Shown here one piece after another: positions 22,366 to 32,415 of a DNA stretch of 62,278 nucleotides. Position numbers and translations under genes: made by a program. How positions within the stretch are numbered: the first letter of the stretch is position 1; the number at the start of each line of letters is the position of its first letter. The notes under the pieces were generated by a model, which was not told the DNA's origin, ran no database searches, and was given only the letters and a program-made list of their open reading frames with translations. Source of the DNA: a virus (taxonomy: Duplodnaviria; Caudoviricetes); IMG/VR virus record IMGVR_UViG_3300049893_000311, positions 1 through 62,278 of that record. One strand, written 5' to 3'.

Positions 22366-25300
22366 TTAATATATCCTTTACATATAGTGCGTCGTCCTGT
22401 GTACGACCTAGGCTCAACTTCACCACGGCACCGCGCTTGAATCGGTCGAGAGCCTTCGGGTAAACCTTGGTGAAGATGATGACCCTGTGCATGTTCTTTT
22501 CCTTGTCAGCAATGACAGCGTGGGCATATTTCTTTCCGGCCTTGGTGCTCATCGAATTGAATGACAACACCACCCACTTATCATCCGGAATCCTGATCTC
22601 ATCAGCCTCCAAGAACCTGATAAGCGCATCGTCCTGATTCTCGTCAACCTCATCGATTGCAATAAACCTAGAGATACGGTTATCAGCAGCAAGAACTAGG
22701 TACATCTGCCCCGGCTCGATGGAGGTCTGTTCCTTGTGGAATAGACCAATGGTGCCAGTCTCGTCAACCAACTCGACCCTGCTCCACCCCTTACCACGCT
22801 TGATATCTGTCACCATCGCCAGGTGAATGAAGCAACCCTCTTCCTCGAAATCATCGAGTGGAGAGATCCTGTTCATAATCTTCGGAGATAGATTGCCGTT
22901 CTTAAACTTGGGTACACTCAGATATTCGTACAGGTTGTTTGACTCGTCCCCTCTTAGCGGATTGTCCTTAAACGATGCCGCCCCAATAGCATTGAGCGAG
23001 TCAATCATCCTGCTGTTTATCCCACTGCCCTTCTGACCGGAATACTCCATGAAAACCGAGTATGACTCGTATGGAGCACCGGCCATAATACGGATAGCAC
23101 CCTTCTCCGGAGAAATCGACTTGATATCCCCAAGACCGAACCTGATAGCGTCACCCTCCAACTGGAAGTCTGGACCAGACTTATTGATATGTGGCAGAAG
23201 AATCTTGATGCCTAGACGCTTGGCCTCGATGAAATACTTTAGCCGAGTCTTGTCGTTCTTCTCGTTCTTGAGAATAGCATACATAAATTCTGTCGGATAG
23301 TAATATTTTAGCCATGCCGTCCACATCGACACCATCGAGTACGCTACAGCGTGAGACTTGTTGAACGAGTACCCAGCGTGCGCCTCGAAGTCATGCCATA
23401 GCCTTTCGGCTACGGCCTGCGAAACGTGCTGAGAAGCACCCGTAACAAACTTTTCACGGTACTGCTCGAACTCTTTAACGTCCTTTTTCTTACCGATAAT
23501 CTTACGGATCTTATCGGCTTCCGACCAGGACATACCCGCCAACTTCACACAGGCCTGCATAACCTGCTCCTGGTAGATAATCACACCATAGGTTTCCTTC
23601 GTGATCTCCTCTAGGATCGGGTGGTCGTACTTAACCTGCTCCCTACCGTCCTTACGAGCAACGAACGAGGCACCTACCGTATTCATAGCACCAGGACGCA
23701 CCAGAGCGTTAGACGCAGCCAAGTGGTCAAACTTTGAGGTGCCCATCTTCATGATGAGATTTGTGTACGGCACAGCCTCAACCTGGAACACTCCCTTGGT
23801 AAAGCCAGCAGAAAGCATAGCGTGAACCTTGGGATCATCCAGATCAATTTCAAGCAAGTCGATATCTTGGCCAGTACGTCCCTTAATTGCCTTAAGAGTG
23901 TCATCGATGACCGAAAGCGTCTTAAGACCTAGAAGGTCATACTTGATCAGTCCAATATCTGCGACCTGATCCATGCTGTTGGCTGTTACGATTAGTCGTC
24001 CGCTGACCGCATTTCCGCTGTCGCTACGAGTCTCGATGGGTGTGTACTTGGATATGGAGTCCTTTGCAACAACAACCCCAGCGGCATGAGCACCAGTTCC
24101 GCGAATGCGTCCGCGCAATTTCTTAGCATACTCTAGCACCTCCGGATACTTTTTCCTGAATTCCTTGGTGTTCGGACTAGTCTCAAAGTCCTCGAACGAG
24201 TCCACCGTCTTAAGTGCCTTGTTTACCTCACCCAGCGGGACGTGGAACACTCTAGCGGTATCGCGCAACACACCCTTATCCTTGAAGTATGAATAGGTGG
24301 CGATGCTGGCTACGTTCTTGAACTTCCGTGCCAGATATTCCTTTACCTCTCCACGACGGGTGTCCTGAAAGTCGGTGTCAATATCTGGGAAGTCATTACG
24401 CTCCTCATTGATGAACCTCGCAAAGAGCAGGCCGTACTTGATTGGGTCAACCTGTGTAATACCTAGTAGGTAGCACACTAGGCTTCCTGCTGCGCTACCG
24501 CGACCAGGACCAACGAGGATACCCTTGCTGTTCGCCCACTTGATCATATCGGCTTCGATCAGGAAGTAAGACGAGAACCTCTTGTTCTTGATTACCTCCA
24601 ACTCGATGCCAAGACGCTTGACATACTCCTCGTTCTTGTCCAGCCCACGCTTTTTCATAGCAGCGTTGCACATAGACACGAGCCTGTCATCAGGGTCGGT
24701 CTTCGGCACAGGCAGCAACTCTAGATTCTTATTGTAGTCGTAGTCCCCAACTTCGTCAGCAATTGCCACTGTGTTCTCGAAGATATCTTCACGAGTAATT
24801 CCCTGCTCTGCCAGAGTCTTGGCCGCATCCATTCGTGACTGAATAAACACATCAATCTCAGCGAAGGAAATGGGGCGGTCAGGGTACAGGTAGTTGTACC
24901 TCTCGAATACGTCCTTGATTTCCTTGGACTTAGCGTAGGTGGCACCGTCAGCCAACTTCGGCTTCGTGGACAGAATCAGGAGCGCCTCTTCTACGGCCCT
25001 CTGGTCCTCTGTGGCAAAGTGGCAGTCGCTCGTGACTACCGGCTTCACACTGTAAAGGTCTGCCAATTCTAGAAGCGTGTGATTCAATTCGGCAGGGTTG
25101 TGTGGCTGAATCTCCACATAAAAGTTCTGATCGAAGTTATCCTTGAACCAGCGCATCCACCTGTGAGCGTTGTCCATATCTCCGCGCTCGATAGCCTTGG
25201 ACACAATTCCATTCATGCATCCAGACAGCACAATAAGGCCGTCAGCATTCTCTGAGAGAACCTCGGCGTCAATTCGTGGCTTGCGATAAAATCCTTCCGT

Positions 25301-25651
25301 CCAGGCAACCTCTGACAACCTATTCATATTTGCCAGACCCTTCTGATTCTTGGCCAGAAGGATGATGTGGTTGAACACCTGGGTATTGTCGTCGCGGTTC
25401 TTGACAGCGCGACGGTCGAAACGGTCTGTCTCAGAAATGTATGCCTCGACTCCGAGGATTGGCTTTAGGCCTGCTTCCTTAGCAGCCTCCTGTGCCTCTC
25501 TGTGGACCGACAACGTTCCGTGGTCTGTGAATGCTAGGGCGTGGTGGCCAATACTCTTGGCGGCGTCCAGCAACTCTGCTGGCGTACACAGCCCGTCCAT
25601 AAGTGAATACTGCGAATGGCAGTGAAGATGTACAAAATCTCCTGCGTACAA
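22358..25651 (-). CDS. dnaE: DNA polymerase III alpha subunit
   Basis: PHP HLHCHS/TDHG, GPGRGSAAGS, PDIDTD, KYDLLGL, YSFNKSHA. Confidence 0.97.
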   Translation of the reverse strand: MYAGDFVHLHCHSQYSLMDGLCTPAELLDAAKSIGHHALAFTDHGTLSVHREAQEAAKEAGLKPILGVEAYISETDRFDRRAVKNRDDNTQVFNHIILLAKNQKGLANMNRLSEVAWTEGFYRKPRIDAEVLSENADGLIVLSGCMNGIVSKAIERGDMDNAHRWMRWFKDNFDQNFYVEIQPHNPAELNHTLLELADLYSVKPVVTSDCHFATEDQRAVEEALLILSTKPKLADGATYAKSKEIKDVFERYNYLYPDRPISFAEIDVFIQSRMDAAKTLAEQGITREDIFENTVAIADEVGDYDYNKNLELLPVPKTDPDDRLVSMCNAAMKKRGLDKNEEYVKRLGIELEVIKNKRFSSYFLIEADMIKWANSKGILVGPGRGSAAGSLVCYLLGITQVDPIKYGLLFARFINEERNDFPDIDTDFQDTRRGEVKEYLARKFKNVASIATYSYFKDKGVLRDTARVFHVPLGEVNKALKTVDSFEDFETSPNTKEFRKKYPEVLEYAKKLRGRIRGTGAHAAGVVVAKDSISKYTPIETRSDSGNAVSGRLIVTANSMDQVADIGLIKYDLLGLKTLSVIDDTLKAIKGRTGQDIDLLEIDLDDPKVHAMLSAGFTKGVFQVEAVPYTNLIMKMGTSKFDHLAASNALVRPGAMNTVGASFVARKDGREQVKYDHPILEEITKETYGVIIYQEQVMQACVKLAGMSWSEADKIRKIIGKKKDVKEFEQYREKFVTGASQHVSQAVAERLWHDFEAHAGYSFNKSHAVAYSMVSMWTAWLKYYYPTEFMYAILKNEKNDKTRLKYFIEAKRLGIKILLPHINKSGPDFQLEGDAIRFGLGDIKSISPEKGAIRIMAGAPYESYSVFMEYSGQKGSGINSRMIDSLNAIGAASFKDNPLRGDESNNLYEYLSVPKFKNGNLSPKIMNRISPLDDFEEEGCFIHLAMVTDIKRGKGWSRVELVDETGTIGLFHKEQTSIEPGQMYLVLAADNRISRFIAIDEVDENQDDALIRFLEADEIRIPDDKWVVLSFNSMSTKAGKKYAHAVIADKEKNMHRVIIFTKVYPKALDRFKRGAVVKLSLGRTQDDALYVKDILND

Positions 25652-25652
25652 A

Positions 25653-25811
25653 CTAATCTCTCCTCAATATTGCGATTACCGCAATCGTAGTGAGTCCCGT
25701 TACTCCAACAACGACATACGGGATCTCGATAACTAAGTATCCTATTAAAACTACTAGTGCAAATAGTACCAGAAGTGTAAATGCACCAGCAAGTATCTTT
25801 TCAAAGAACAT
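25653..25811 (-). CDS. Small membrane protein (52 aa, two hydrophobic segments)
   Basis: Not in ORF track; AGGAG SD; MFFEKILAGAFTLLVLFALVVLIGYL... Confidence 0.7.
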   Translation of the reverse strand: MFFEKILAGAFTLLVLFALVVLIGYLVIEIPYVVVGVTGLTTIAVIAILRRD

Positions 25812-25828
25812 AATATCTCCTAATGAGT

Positions 25829-25852
25829 GAGGGGCCGGTTTCCCGGCCCCTC
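25829..25852 (-). terminator. GC-rich hairpin after SSB gene
   Basis: GAGGGGCCGG-GAAA-CCGGCCCCTC; no U-tract. Confidence 0.6.
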
Positions 25853-25857
25853 CCCAA

Positions 25858-26550
25858 TTACCAAGCGATATCTGTGGTATCCTCTGAGGAACCTGAGTCC
25901 TCTTCCTTCTCCATGCCGTAGAACTTGGCCTGCTCCTCGTAAGGAACGCTGCGGGTGCAGATAGCCTCTAGGTCATAGAGTTCGTAGTGGCTCACATCTT
26001 CGTCATCCTTATTGGGTAGAACCACAAGGCTGTACGAGGTGTTGTTGAAGCCACCGCCGTTCCTTTTAATGCGGAACTGGTTTTCAGTGATACCGCCGTA
26101 CTCATTGGAAATCTCAATAAGAGTCGGGGTGATCGACTTCGGGCCAATGCCCTGGCGCAGAATGGCAACATACGGGTCACCGTCAACCGGCGTTACAAGA
26201 ACGTTGGCGTACAGGCTAGTCTTGCCGTACCACGAATTCGAGCGCTCTTCCTTAGGAAGTGCGTTGTCCTTCCTGTTCATTTCACATGCGAAGCACTTAC
26301 CCTCATCTGCGGTGCAGAGAGCCTTTGTGCGGAAATCTCCGGGTGCTGAGTGCTCAATGGCAACGAGTACGCTGCCCTTCTCCGGGTTGTACGAGGCTGA
26401 ATTCTCGTCAAACTCTTGGAGGAAACGGACCTTGGCAGACTGACCATCTTCCAACTTGAACCAGCGTGCCTTCGGACTGTCGTCCGAGTCCTTGTTGTTG
26501 CTCTTGTCAACCAACTTCGAAATTGCGTCAATACCTTTTACTAATCCCAT
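25858..26550 (-). CDS. Single-stranded DNA-binding protein (gp32-like)
   Basis: W.KLEDGQS..VRF, H/C Zn site, I.R.G....T.Y, acidic tail ending in W. Confidence 0.75.
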   Translation of the reverse strand: MGLVKGIDAISKLVDKSNNKDSDDSPKARWFKLEDGQSAKVRFLQEFDENSASYNPEKGSVLVAIEHSAPGDFRTKALCTADEGKCFACEMNRKDNALPKEERSNSWYGKTSLYANVLVTPVDGDPYVAILRQGIGPKSITPTLIEISNEYGGITENQFRIKRNGGGFNNTSYSLVVLPNKDDEDVSHYELYDLEAICTRSVPYEEQAKFYGMEKEEDSGSSEDTTDIAW

Positions 26551-26606
26551 TTTATGTTATTCTCCTAGTTATGTAGTTGGGCGCGTTAGTGGCCCTGTAG
26601 ATACCA

Positions 26607-27626
26607 TTATACCATAGTTGAAGCATACTCAAAGTGCGAAATGGAGTTGTTGATGCACTGTGCTACAGCATCTTCTCCATACCCCTTAAGTATGTCTGTG
26701 GCGTCCTTTAGGTCGCCTGGGTAGGTCTGCTCCCAGTTATACTGGGCAAGCAGGATCTCTTTGTGGCGACCTAGACGCTTGATCATCTTTTCGATGTAGG
26801 CTTGTCCAGCCTCATCGTAGTCTCTATTGTCCACGAACAGGATGATCCTGTCAAAGTATCTGGCCAACAGATTATACTTCTCGTCCGACATAGCCGTGCC
26901 TAGTCCTGCGACTACGTTCGGGAAACCCGACTGATAGACAGCCAGCGCGTCAAACGACGACTCCACAACAATTACTGTTGCGCCTATGCGCTTTGCGCGA
27001 TGCAGGTTAAAGAAAACTTTTGAGGTTGGCAGGCCGACACTGTTCTTGAATGCCTTGCCAGTAATCGACCTACCAACCACCCCAACAGGGATGCCATTTG
27101 CTGAATGAACCGGGACTGCAACCATATTACGCTTAGCGGAATATCCGATCTTAAACTTCTCTACGGTGTCATCCGTGAATCCTCTACCATTCATGTAAAC
27201 CATACCGGGGTTGCCGGGGACTAAAATGTCCTTGTGCATCCTGTCGAGGGTTTCCTGACTAAATTCTGTGAACTCGGGTGTGTCAGACAGAACGATAGTC
27301 AGGTCTTCCTCGAAATTATCCTGCTCGGAAGGGCTGTGGTTCAGGATAAACCTTGTGGCCTCGAAAGCGTTTCTACCCGTTACCTTACCTACAAGGTCGA
27401 GCAGCGTACCGGATGCGCCACATGCAGCGTTGAAACAAATATATCCGTCCTTGGTCTTGGACACGCTCATGCTTGGCGTGTTCCTATTGCCGTGAATAGG
27501 ACAGAAGCAGAGAAAATCGTGGCCAGTCTCGGTGACAATCGTGACACCAATATCCCGAAGGATCGCCTTTACTTGGCGTTCGGAGTATTTTTTGGTATCA
27601 GTTTGCTCCCGCTGAAACCTTCCCAT
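26607..27626 (-). CDS. dnaG: DNA primase (Zn finger + TOPRIM)
   Basis: CPIH..RNTPS, CF...CG.SG, VES.FDA, D..D.AG, KDA.D. Confidence 0.9.
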   Translation of the reverse strand: MGRFQREQTDTKKYSERQVKAILRDIGVTIVTETGHDFLCFCPIHGNRNTPSMSVSKTKDGYICFNAACGASGTLLDLVGKVTGRNAFEATRFILNHSPSEQDNFEEDLTIVLSDTPEFTEFSQETLDRMHKDILVPGNPGMVYMNGRGFTDDTVEKFKIGYSAKRNMVAVPVHSANGIPVGVVGRSITGKAFKNSVGLPTSKVFFNLHRAKRIGATVIVVESSFDALAVYQSGFPNVVAGLGTAMSDEKYNLLARYFDRIILFVDNRDYDEAGQAYIEKMIKRLGRHKEILLAQYNWEQTYPGDLKDATDILKGYGEDAVAQCINNSISHFEYASTMV

Positions 27627-27865
27627 TGATATGCCCTTTTCTTCCCTAAATAGATTCCATAGACAGAGAGGGCAAACAGCCATCTGTCGTTATCAGCATC
27701 GTACTCTGTCGCCCATTGTGTGTCAAGATCCAATACCGGGACGTATCCCTTGGACCTCAAATCATGCACAAGCAGGGACTCATACTGAGCCCTTATGCGG
27801 GGAATGTCTGAGTCTTGCCTCAGAACCCCGTCGATACTGAACTTGCTGATGTTCTTATGTTTCAT
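27569..27865 (-). CDS. Conserved hypothetical phage protein
   Basis: ORF between helicase and primase. Confidence 0.75.
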   Translation of the reverse strand: MKHKNISKFSIDGVLRQDSDIPRIRAQYESLLVHDLRSKGYVPVLDLDTQWATEYDADNDRWLFALSVYGIYLGKKRAYQWEGFSGSKLIPKNTPNAK

Positions 27866-27888
27866 TCAGGCATAATTCTGTAGGGGAG

Positions 27889-29118
27889 TTAATCGATTTC
27901 CTCGAAACTCTCCTCAATTATACCCTCATTCAGATTAACATTCAAATATACGTTGAACTCTGTTCCGTGCCTATTCTTGCGGGACACCACCTCAATAATG
28001 TCGGTGTCCTGGTGTCTGTGGACAGACATAGCCATATCAGCATCATATTCGATGGCCTTTGACCAGGCCACCTGGCTCAGAAGCGGCGGGGTGTCCTGGG
28101 TATTAGTGTCATCCATAGTCACAGCAGAGATAGCCATGACAGGAATATTATTCCTCGTGGCCATCAACTTCAATTCTCTGGACAGGTTCATCATCCTAGG
28201 CGTCAGACTCTCAGACATTCTATTGTCCGAAAGCAACTGCATGTAGTCACAAACCACTAGATCAGGCTTGTGCTGGTCGATCTTGGACTGGATAACCGCA
28301 GGGGTGATCTCGCCCTCACCGGACGCATTTGACACGATTGGGAAACTCTGTCTATCCTCTAGAGTTTTCTTAGCCCAATTCCTGAACTCGTCAGGGTCCA
28401 CATCGCCCTTCTGAAAATCTGACACCCGGAACAAACCGGACGCCATAAGCGCATAGATTCTGTTACGCATATCGTCTGCGCTCATCTCAGCGGACACGAT
28501 CATGGGCTTGAATCCCTGCTGCCAGGCCTTGACCGCCAGGTAAGCGGTGAACCACGTCTTACCCCTCGACGGATACCCGATCACCACAATGTAGTGACCA
28601 GGAGCCATTCCAGTGGGGTAGGACAAATCAATAGAGTCGAAGCCGGTCTTGATACCAGGAGAACCTCCCATTTCCAGAGAGCGCTTCCTGACCGCCTCCA
28701 TGTGGACCTCTGCCTCTTTCCAGTCAGTCAGGTCCATATCCTTGATAGCGTGAGTGTGCTTGGCAATATCTGAAAGGTCAGCCTCAAGATTGGTAATGAC
28801 CTTCTCGATTGGATTGCTCTTAAGCCTCTGCCCAGCCTTCATCAGCGCGTCCCTGAGACGTGCGCTGGCATAGTCGTTCTTTAGGTTATCCAGATAATAC
28901 TGGGTCGGTGATGTTACCGGAACCGCGTCAAAATCCCTGAACTTGTCCTGCAACTGGTCAATCGAGGGAACCTCACGATACTTATTCCAGTGGTCTTTGA
29001 TCTCTTCCCATACGTCGCCGTGTGACTCAAATAGTCTGTCTACATCTGCATCTACGATAAGTGTGCCAATATCCTTGTTCTCGCACAGCGCGGAGATAAC
29101 TGCTGCTTCGTTGTTAAT
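27889..29118 (-). CDS. dnaB: DnaB-like replicative helicase (probable ATT start at 29118)
   Basis: GYPSRGKT, SAEM, DYMQL, IEYDAD, KNRHG; frame open 55 codons upstream of the called TTG to an SD-preceded ATT. Confidence 0.9.
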   Translation of the reverse strand: MNNEAAVISALCENKDIGTLIVDADVDRLFESHGDVWEEIKDHWNKYREVPSIDQLQDKFRDFDAVPVTSPTQYYLDNLKNDYASARLRDALMKAGQRLKSNPIEKVITNLEADLSDIAKHTHAIKDMDLTDWKEAEVHMEAVRKRSLEMGGSPGIKTGFDSIDLSYPTGMAPGHYIVVIGYPSRGKTWFTAYLAVKAWQQGFKPMIVSAEMSADDMRNRIYALMASGLFRVSDFQKGDVDPDEFRNWAKKTLEDRQSFPIVSNASGEGEITPAVIQSKIDQHKPDLVVCDYMQLLSDNRMSESLTPRMMNLSRELKLMATRNNIPVMAISAVTMDDTNTQDTPPLLSQVAWSKAIEYDADMAMSVHRHQDTDIIEVVSRKNRHGTEFNVYLNVNLNEGIIEESFEEID

Positions 29119-29458
29119 TTTTCTGCTCCTCCACTCTTCTCTTCGTGTTCCTCAATAGTGTAGCACGACGCTCTTTGTCAGCCGTGATGATGGTTAAATT
29201 GTTATCTAACTTATCAAAGTTCTTGTAGAAGAACTCTAGGGAGTGGTCAGTCTTGGTGCGGAAGTAGTATTCCAACACCTCACCGGCGCGCTCAGCGCCG
29301 AGACTATCAACCACGTCAGCCATACCCCACTTAGCAGAGTACCTATTTACTACCGGCTTCCTACCATGCACCTCCCTATATAGGGCGATGTACCTAGAAA
29401 TCAAAATGTACGCTAGGCGGTGCTTCTCTTTATCGCTTAGTTCTCTTAGGTCTGACAT
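29114..29458 (-). CDS. Hypothetical protein (replication module)
   Basis: 114-aa ORF coupled to dnaB. Confidence 0.75.
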   Translation of the reverse strand: MSDLRELSDKEKHRLAYILISRYIALYREVHGRKPVVNRYSAKWGMADVVDSLGAERAGEVLEYYFRTKTDHSLEFFYKNFDKLDNNLTIITADKERRATLLRNTKRRVEEQKN

Positions 29459-29684
29459 AAATCTCTTCCACCTCTGCCTTAGTATTTTCCATCTTCTCCA
29501 TCAACTTCGCCTGGACGTACTCGTAGATTCGCTCTACGGCCTCGTCTGTGGTTTCCTCAGCGCGAACATGGTCCGTCAGACCAATACTAACATTGACAGA
29601 ATTATAGTTCCAAGTCGATTTGAAACTAAGGTTTATCTCAACCTTCGGGGGAGTCGGTGGAGGGCTCAGCCTCTTCTTTTCCAT
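29430..29684 (-). CDS. Hypothetical protein
   Basis: AGGAGG SD before MEKKRL; promoter TTGACA-18-TATAGT at 29761-29790. Confidence 0.75.
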   Translation of the reverse strand: MEKKRLSPPPTPPKVEINLSFKSTWNYNSVNVSIGLTDHVRAEETTDEAVERIYEYVQAKLMEKMENTKAEVEEIYVRPKRTKR

Positions 29685-29979
29685 GATTGTGTCCTCCTGC
29701 AAATCCGAATACCATCTCTTGATCGTGCTTCCCAGCGAAAGCAGCAGTCTCTTCCTCATCACTATACACCAACTCGACCCCATGTGTCAAGAGTTGGTTT
29801 CCAATCTCTGCCCAGGCATTCGCAATTTCTACCATCTGAGCAGACTCTTCACGCTGCATGGCAAACTTTTGAGCATACGCAAGCGCGTCCATCGCTGACA
29901 CATAGGCCAGAGGAGCGTTGATATTTACTACTATTGGTTCTTCGTGGTGAATATGCTTCTTTTTCTTTTTCTTTGCCAT
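29638..29979 (-). CDS. Hypothetical protein with poly-Lys N-terminus
   Basis: TAATG coupling. Confidence 0.65.
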   Translation of the reverse strand: MAKKKKKKHIHHEEPIVVNINAPLAYVSAMDALAYAQKFAMQREESAQMVEIANAWAEIGNQLLTHGVELVYSDEEETAAFAGKHDQEMVFGFAGGHNHGKEEAEPSTDSPEG

Positions 29980-30494
29980 TACCAATCTTCCGCTAGGTAT
30001 ACAGGGACAAACTCTCCATCCTCTGTCCGGGCGTACAACTGCATATCATGCTTCACAGCAGCGCGAACATCAGACTTGCCAAGAACATTCTTGGGCTTGA
30101 TCAATCCATCCTTACGGGGGCGTCCTAGGTGCTTGTTTGCCATGACCTCCTGAATCTGGAAGATATTTTCTTCCGAGAAGATCCTACGCACCGGCCTACC
30201 GTCTACCTGAGAGTATAGCATACCGTCTGATTCTATCTCACCCGCCATTAGGTAGTTGTGAATCTGGCGGGTGGTACGGTTGACGATCTTGGACACCTGA
30301 CCGATGGTGAAGCCGCGTGAAGCGTGCCGCCTTACATCTGACCATGCAAACATTCGCATGGTACTATCCTCTAGACATAAGGCGACCGCCTCATCACGAG
30401 CATAGATAACTCGAACAAGTTTATATAGTTTTCCGTCGATGAAGAAATACTTCCATTTCTTCTTCAACTTGACTACGCTTGGTCGCTTAGCCAA
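29979..30494 (-). CDS. MerR-like HTH DNA-binding protein
   Basis: FTIGQVSKIVNRTTRQI..Y...G.I...R.FSEE.I. Confidence 0.75.
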   Translation of the reverse strand: MAKRPSVVKLKKKWKYFFIDGKLYKLVRVIYARDEAVALCLEDSTMRMFAWSDVRRHASRGFTIGQVSKIVNRTTRQIHNYLMAGEIESDGMLYSQVDGRPVRRIFSEENIFQIQEVMANKHLGRPRKDGLIKPKNVLGKSDVRAAVKHDMQLYARTEDGEFVPVYLAEDW

Positions 30495-30653
30495 CTATGC
30501 CTTGCTCCTCTCATAGAGCCATCGTCCAAACGGGTTGTCGTATTTACTGACGTACACTCTCTTGCCACACATGATGCAAAATACATCAATTTTGTTAGCC
30601 TCAGAGAACATGGCGTCAACATACATACGACCACCACATTTCTTGCAGTGCAT
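30495..30653 (-). CDS. Small Zn-ribbon protein (52 aa)
   Basis: Not in ORF track; MHCKKCGGRMYVD...FCIMCGKR. Confidence 0.8.
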   Translation of the reverse strand: MHCKKCGGRMYVDAMFSEANKIDVFCIMCGKRVYVSKYDNPFGRWLYERSKA

Positions 30654-30949
30654 TACGCCTTCTTAATTGAGGTGGCGTTCTTGATAGCAGTGTCGAGGCC
30701 TGTCGGGTTGTAGAAGCCTGAGTACGCAGCAACAGCAGCAACGAAGATTGCAATGGCTGACGTGCCCCAAGTCTCTAGCGATAGTCCCTCAGCAGACTGA
30801 GCAGCAACCACAACACCAGTAATACCGGCGAGAACGGTGGCTACTACAGCGTTAACCTTAGAAGACCACCCCTGCTGCTTTACAAGAGCCGCTACAATCG
30901 GAAAGAACACTCCGATAAAGGCGCTCACCTGTACTAGATTCTCATTCAT
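30653..30949 (-). CDS. Holin-like membrane protein
   Basis: 98 aa, three hydrophobic segments, charged C-terminus; strong SD. Confidence 0.7.
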   Translation of the reverse strand: MNENLVQVSAFIGVFFPIVAALVKQQGWSSKVNAVVATVLAGITGVVVAAQSAEGLSLETWGTSAIAIFVAAVAAYSGFYNPTGLDTAIKNATSIKKA

Positions 30950-30977
30950 TAATTTGTTTCCTCCTCTTTATATGTCA

Positions 30978-31736
30978 TTAGGCGGTGTATTTCTTTCCAC
31001 CTACAAAGCAATTATACCCCTCATCAGTCTCTTTGATCGGAACTAGTTCAAGAAAATGTTGTCCCCCTGAAATATATCCATAAAGAAATCCCTGTTGCCA
31101 GTTCCTCTGATTGGAGTAATCTGCCTTCTCAACCTTCATCATGTGACCGATTTCATACCCTTCCAGGCGCTGACCGGTAATTTCGTAGGTCTTGAAGTAG
31201 TCCCCGAGCCTGTGCGAGTGACCCCTGATTAAGGACACCCCCCAGGAATCAATGTCTGCCTTCACGGATTCGCCGGAGTGCTTAGAAACGGCTACGCCGT
31301 GATGAACGTACATATCGTTAAACCTGTTGTAAGGAAGGTCGCCATAGTAGTGGAACTCCACCCCATAGTCACTGTGCTTGTACAGTGTATCAGGCGTGAT
31401 CTGTCCTGCGAATTGCGGGGCATTGTCCTTGATAAACTTGTCGTGCCTAGTCCAGCCGTGGTTACCGTCAAACAAGTGGATATCACCCTTAGGAGCAATA
31501 CCTCTAATTGTTTCCAAGAACTCTCTCGTAGCCTTGGCACCGGCCTCATCCACGCTGATCATTTTCTCAGGCCCAACCGCCCAGCGAGAGGTACTGTCGG
31601 AGTCATCAAGGTCGCCCACAAGGTCAATCATGTGGGGCTTGAAGCCCTTTAGTACACTCAGCCAAAGGTTGACAGCCCTATCGTCCTGTAGTGGAAACTG
31701 AATGTCACTACAGGCCAGATATCTTAAATCCGACAT
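30978..31736 (-). CDS. Calcineurin-like metallophosphoesterase
   Basis: SD.Q, GD.DD, GNH, HHG, GHSHR. Confidence 0.9.
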   Translation of the reverse strand: MSDLRYLACSDIQFPLQDDRAVNLWLSVLKGFKPHMIDLVGDLDDSDSTSRWAVGPEKMISVDEAGAKATREFLETIRGIAPKGDIHLFDGNHGWTRHDKFIKDNAPQFAGQITPDTLYKHSDYGVEFHYYGDLPYNRFNDMYVHHGVAVSKHSGESVKADIDSWGVSLIRGHSHRLGDYFKTYEITGQRLEGYEIGHMMKVEKADYSNQRNWQQGFLYGYISGGQHFLELVPIKETDEGYNCFVGGKKYTA

Positions 31737-31984
31737 TTATCTCCTTTTTGGAAGTTACATTCCGCGTGGGCCGACTGTACGTTATCGTAAGTGTGTGCGC
31801 CACCGATGGCCACTGGAACGATGTGATCCAGAGTTGCAGCCTTTGGGTGCGGTAGTCTAAGTGTACTATCAATCGGCTCATCGCACAACTTGCAAATCCA
31901 CCCATCCCGCTCAAACACCAGAAGCCGGTCAACCCTGTCCCCGCGCATATAAATGCGTCGTCTGCGTGGGGAATACTTTCTCAA
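31724..31984 (-). CDS. HNH endonuclease
   Basis: VFERDGWICKLC, TLDHIVP...GG.H..DNVQ.AH..CN..K. Confidence 0.9.
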   Translation of the reverse strand: MRKYSPRRRRIYMRGDRVDRLLVFERDGWICKLCDEPIDSTLRLPHPKAATLDHIVPVAIGGAHTYDNVQSAHAECNFQKGDKCRI

Positions 31985-32415
31985 GCGGTGGCTTTTGGTC
32001 CTACCAAGACGATAGACAGCCCCCTGAGGTCAATGTCTCCGGTTGTAGCACCGACCGACCTCACGCTCACTACCGCCCCATCGCCATCAAGTGACGAGAT
32101 CGATGCCATAAGAGGCTTGTTTGCGATTGGTAGCACAGACATTGCTGGCTGCTTAGAAAATGACACAGGGAAGTTGACGCTAACGTTCTTGTCAGTTTCA
32201 CCCTCACGAATTGTCATCGTGTCAAAAATTTTAATGAATCCTATAACCTGAACGTTGTCCCCATCTCTGGAGTCCTTACGCTGGTTGCCATCGGTTGACC
32301 GCCGAACCCAAAGTACCCTGGCAGTCTGATCCTTTAGTTCTTTCAGATACTCGATCATATCATTGAACGGATCAACACTTACAGGGGTACCCTCATAGAA
32401 ATCGCTCAGAGCCAT
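31981..32415 (-). CDS. Hypothetical, possible tail-associated protein
   Basis: V.FP..FS..P motif seen in tail-fibre C-terminal modules. Confidence 0.6.
   Translation of the reverse strand: MALSDFYEGTPVSVDPFNDMIEYLKELKDQTARVLWVRRSTDGNQRKDSRDGDNVQVIGFIKIFDTMTIREGETDKNVSVNFPVSFSKQPAMSVLPIANKPLMASISSLDGDGAVVSVRSVGATTGDIDLRGLSIVLVGPKATA

Noticed and set aside
22358-25651. Intein or intron in dnaE (also checked terL, recA, dnaB)
   Set aside because: Lengths are normal and no C...HN splice motifs or frame breaks are visible.
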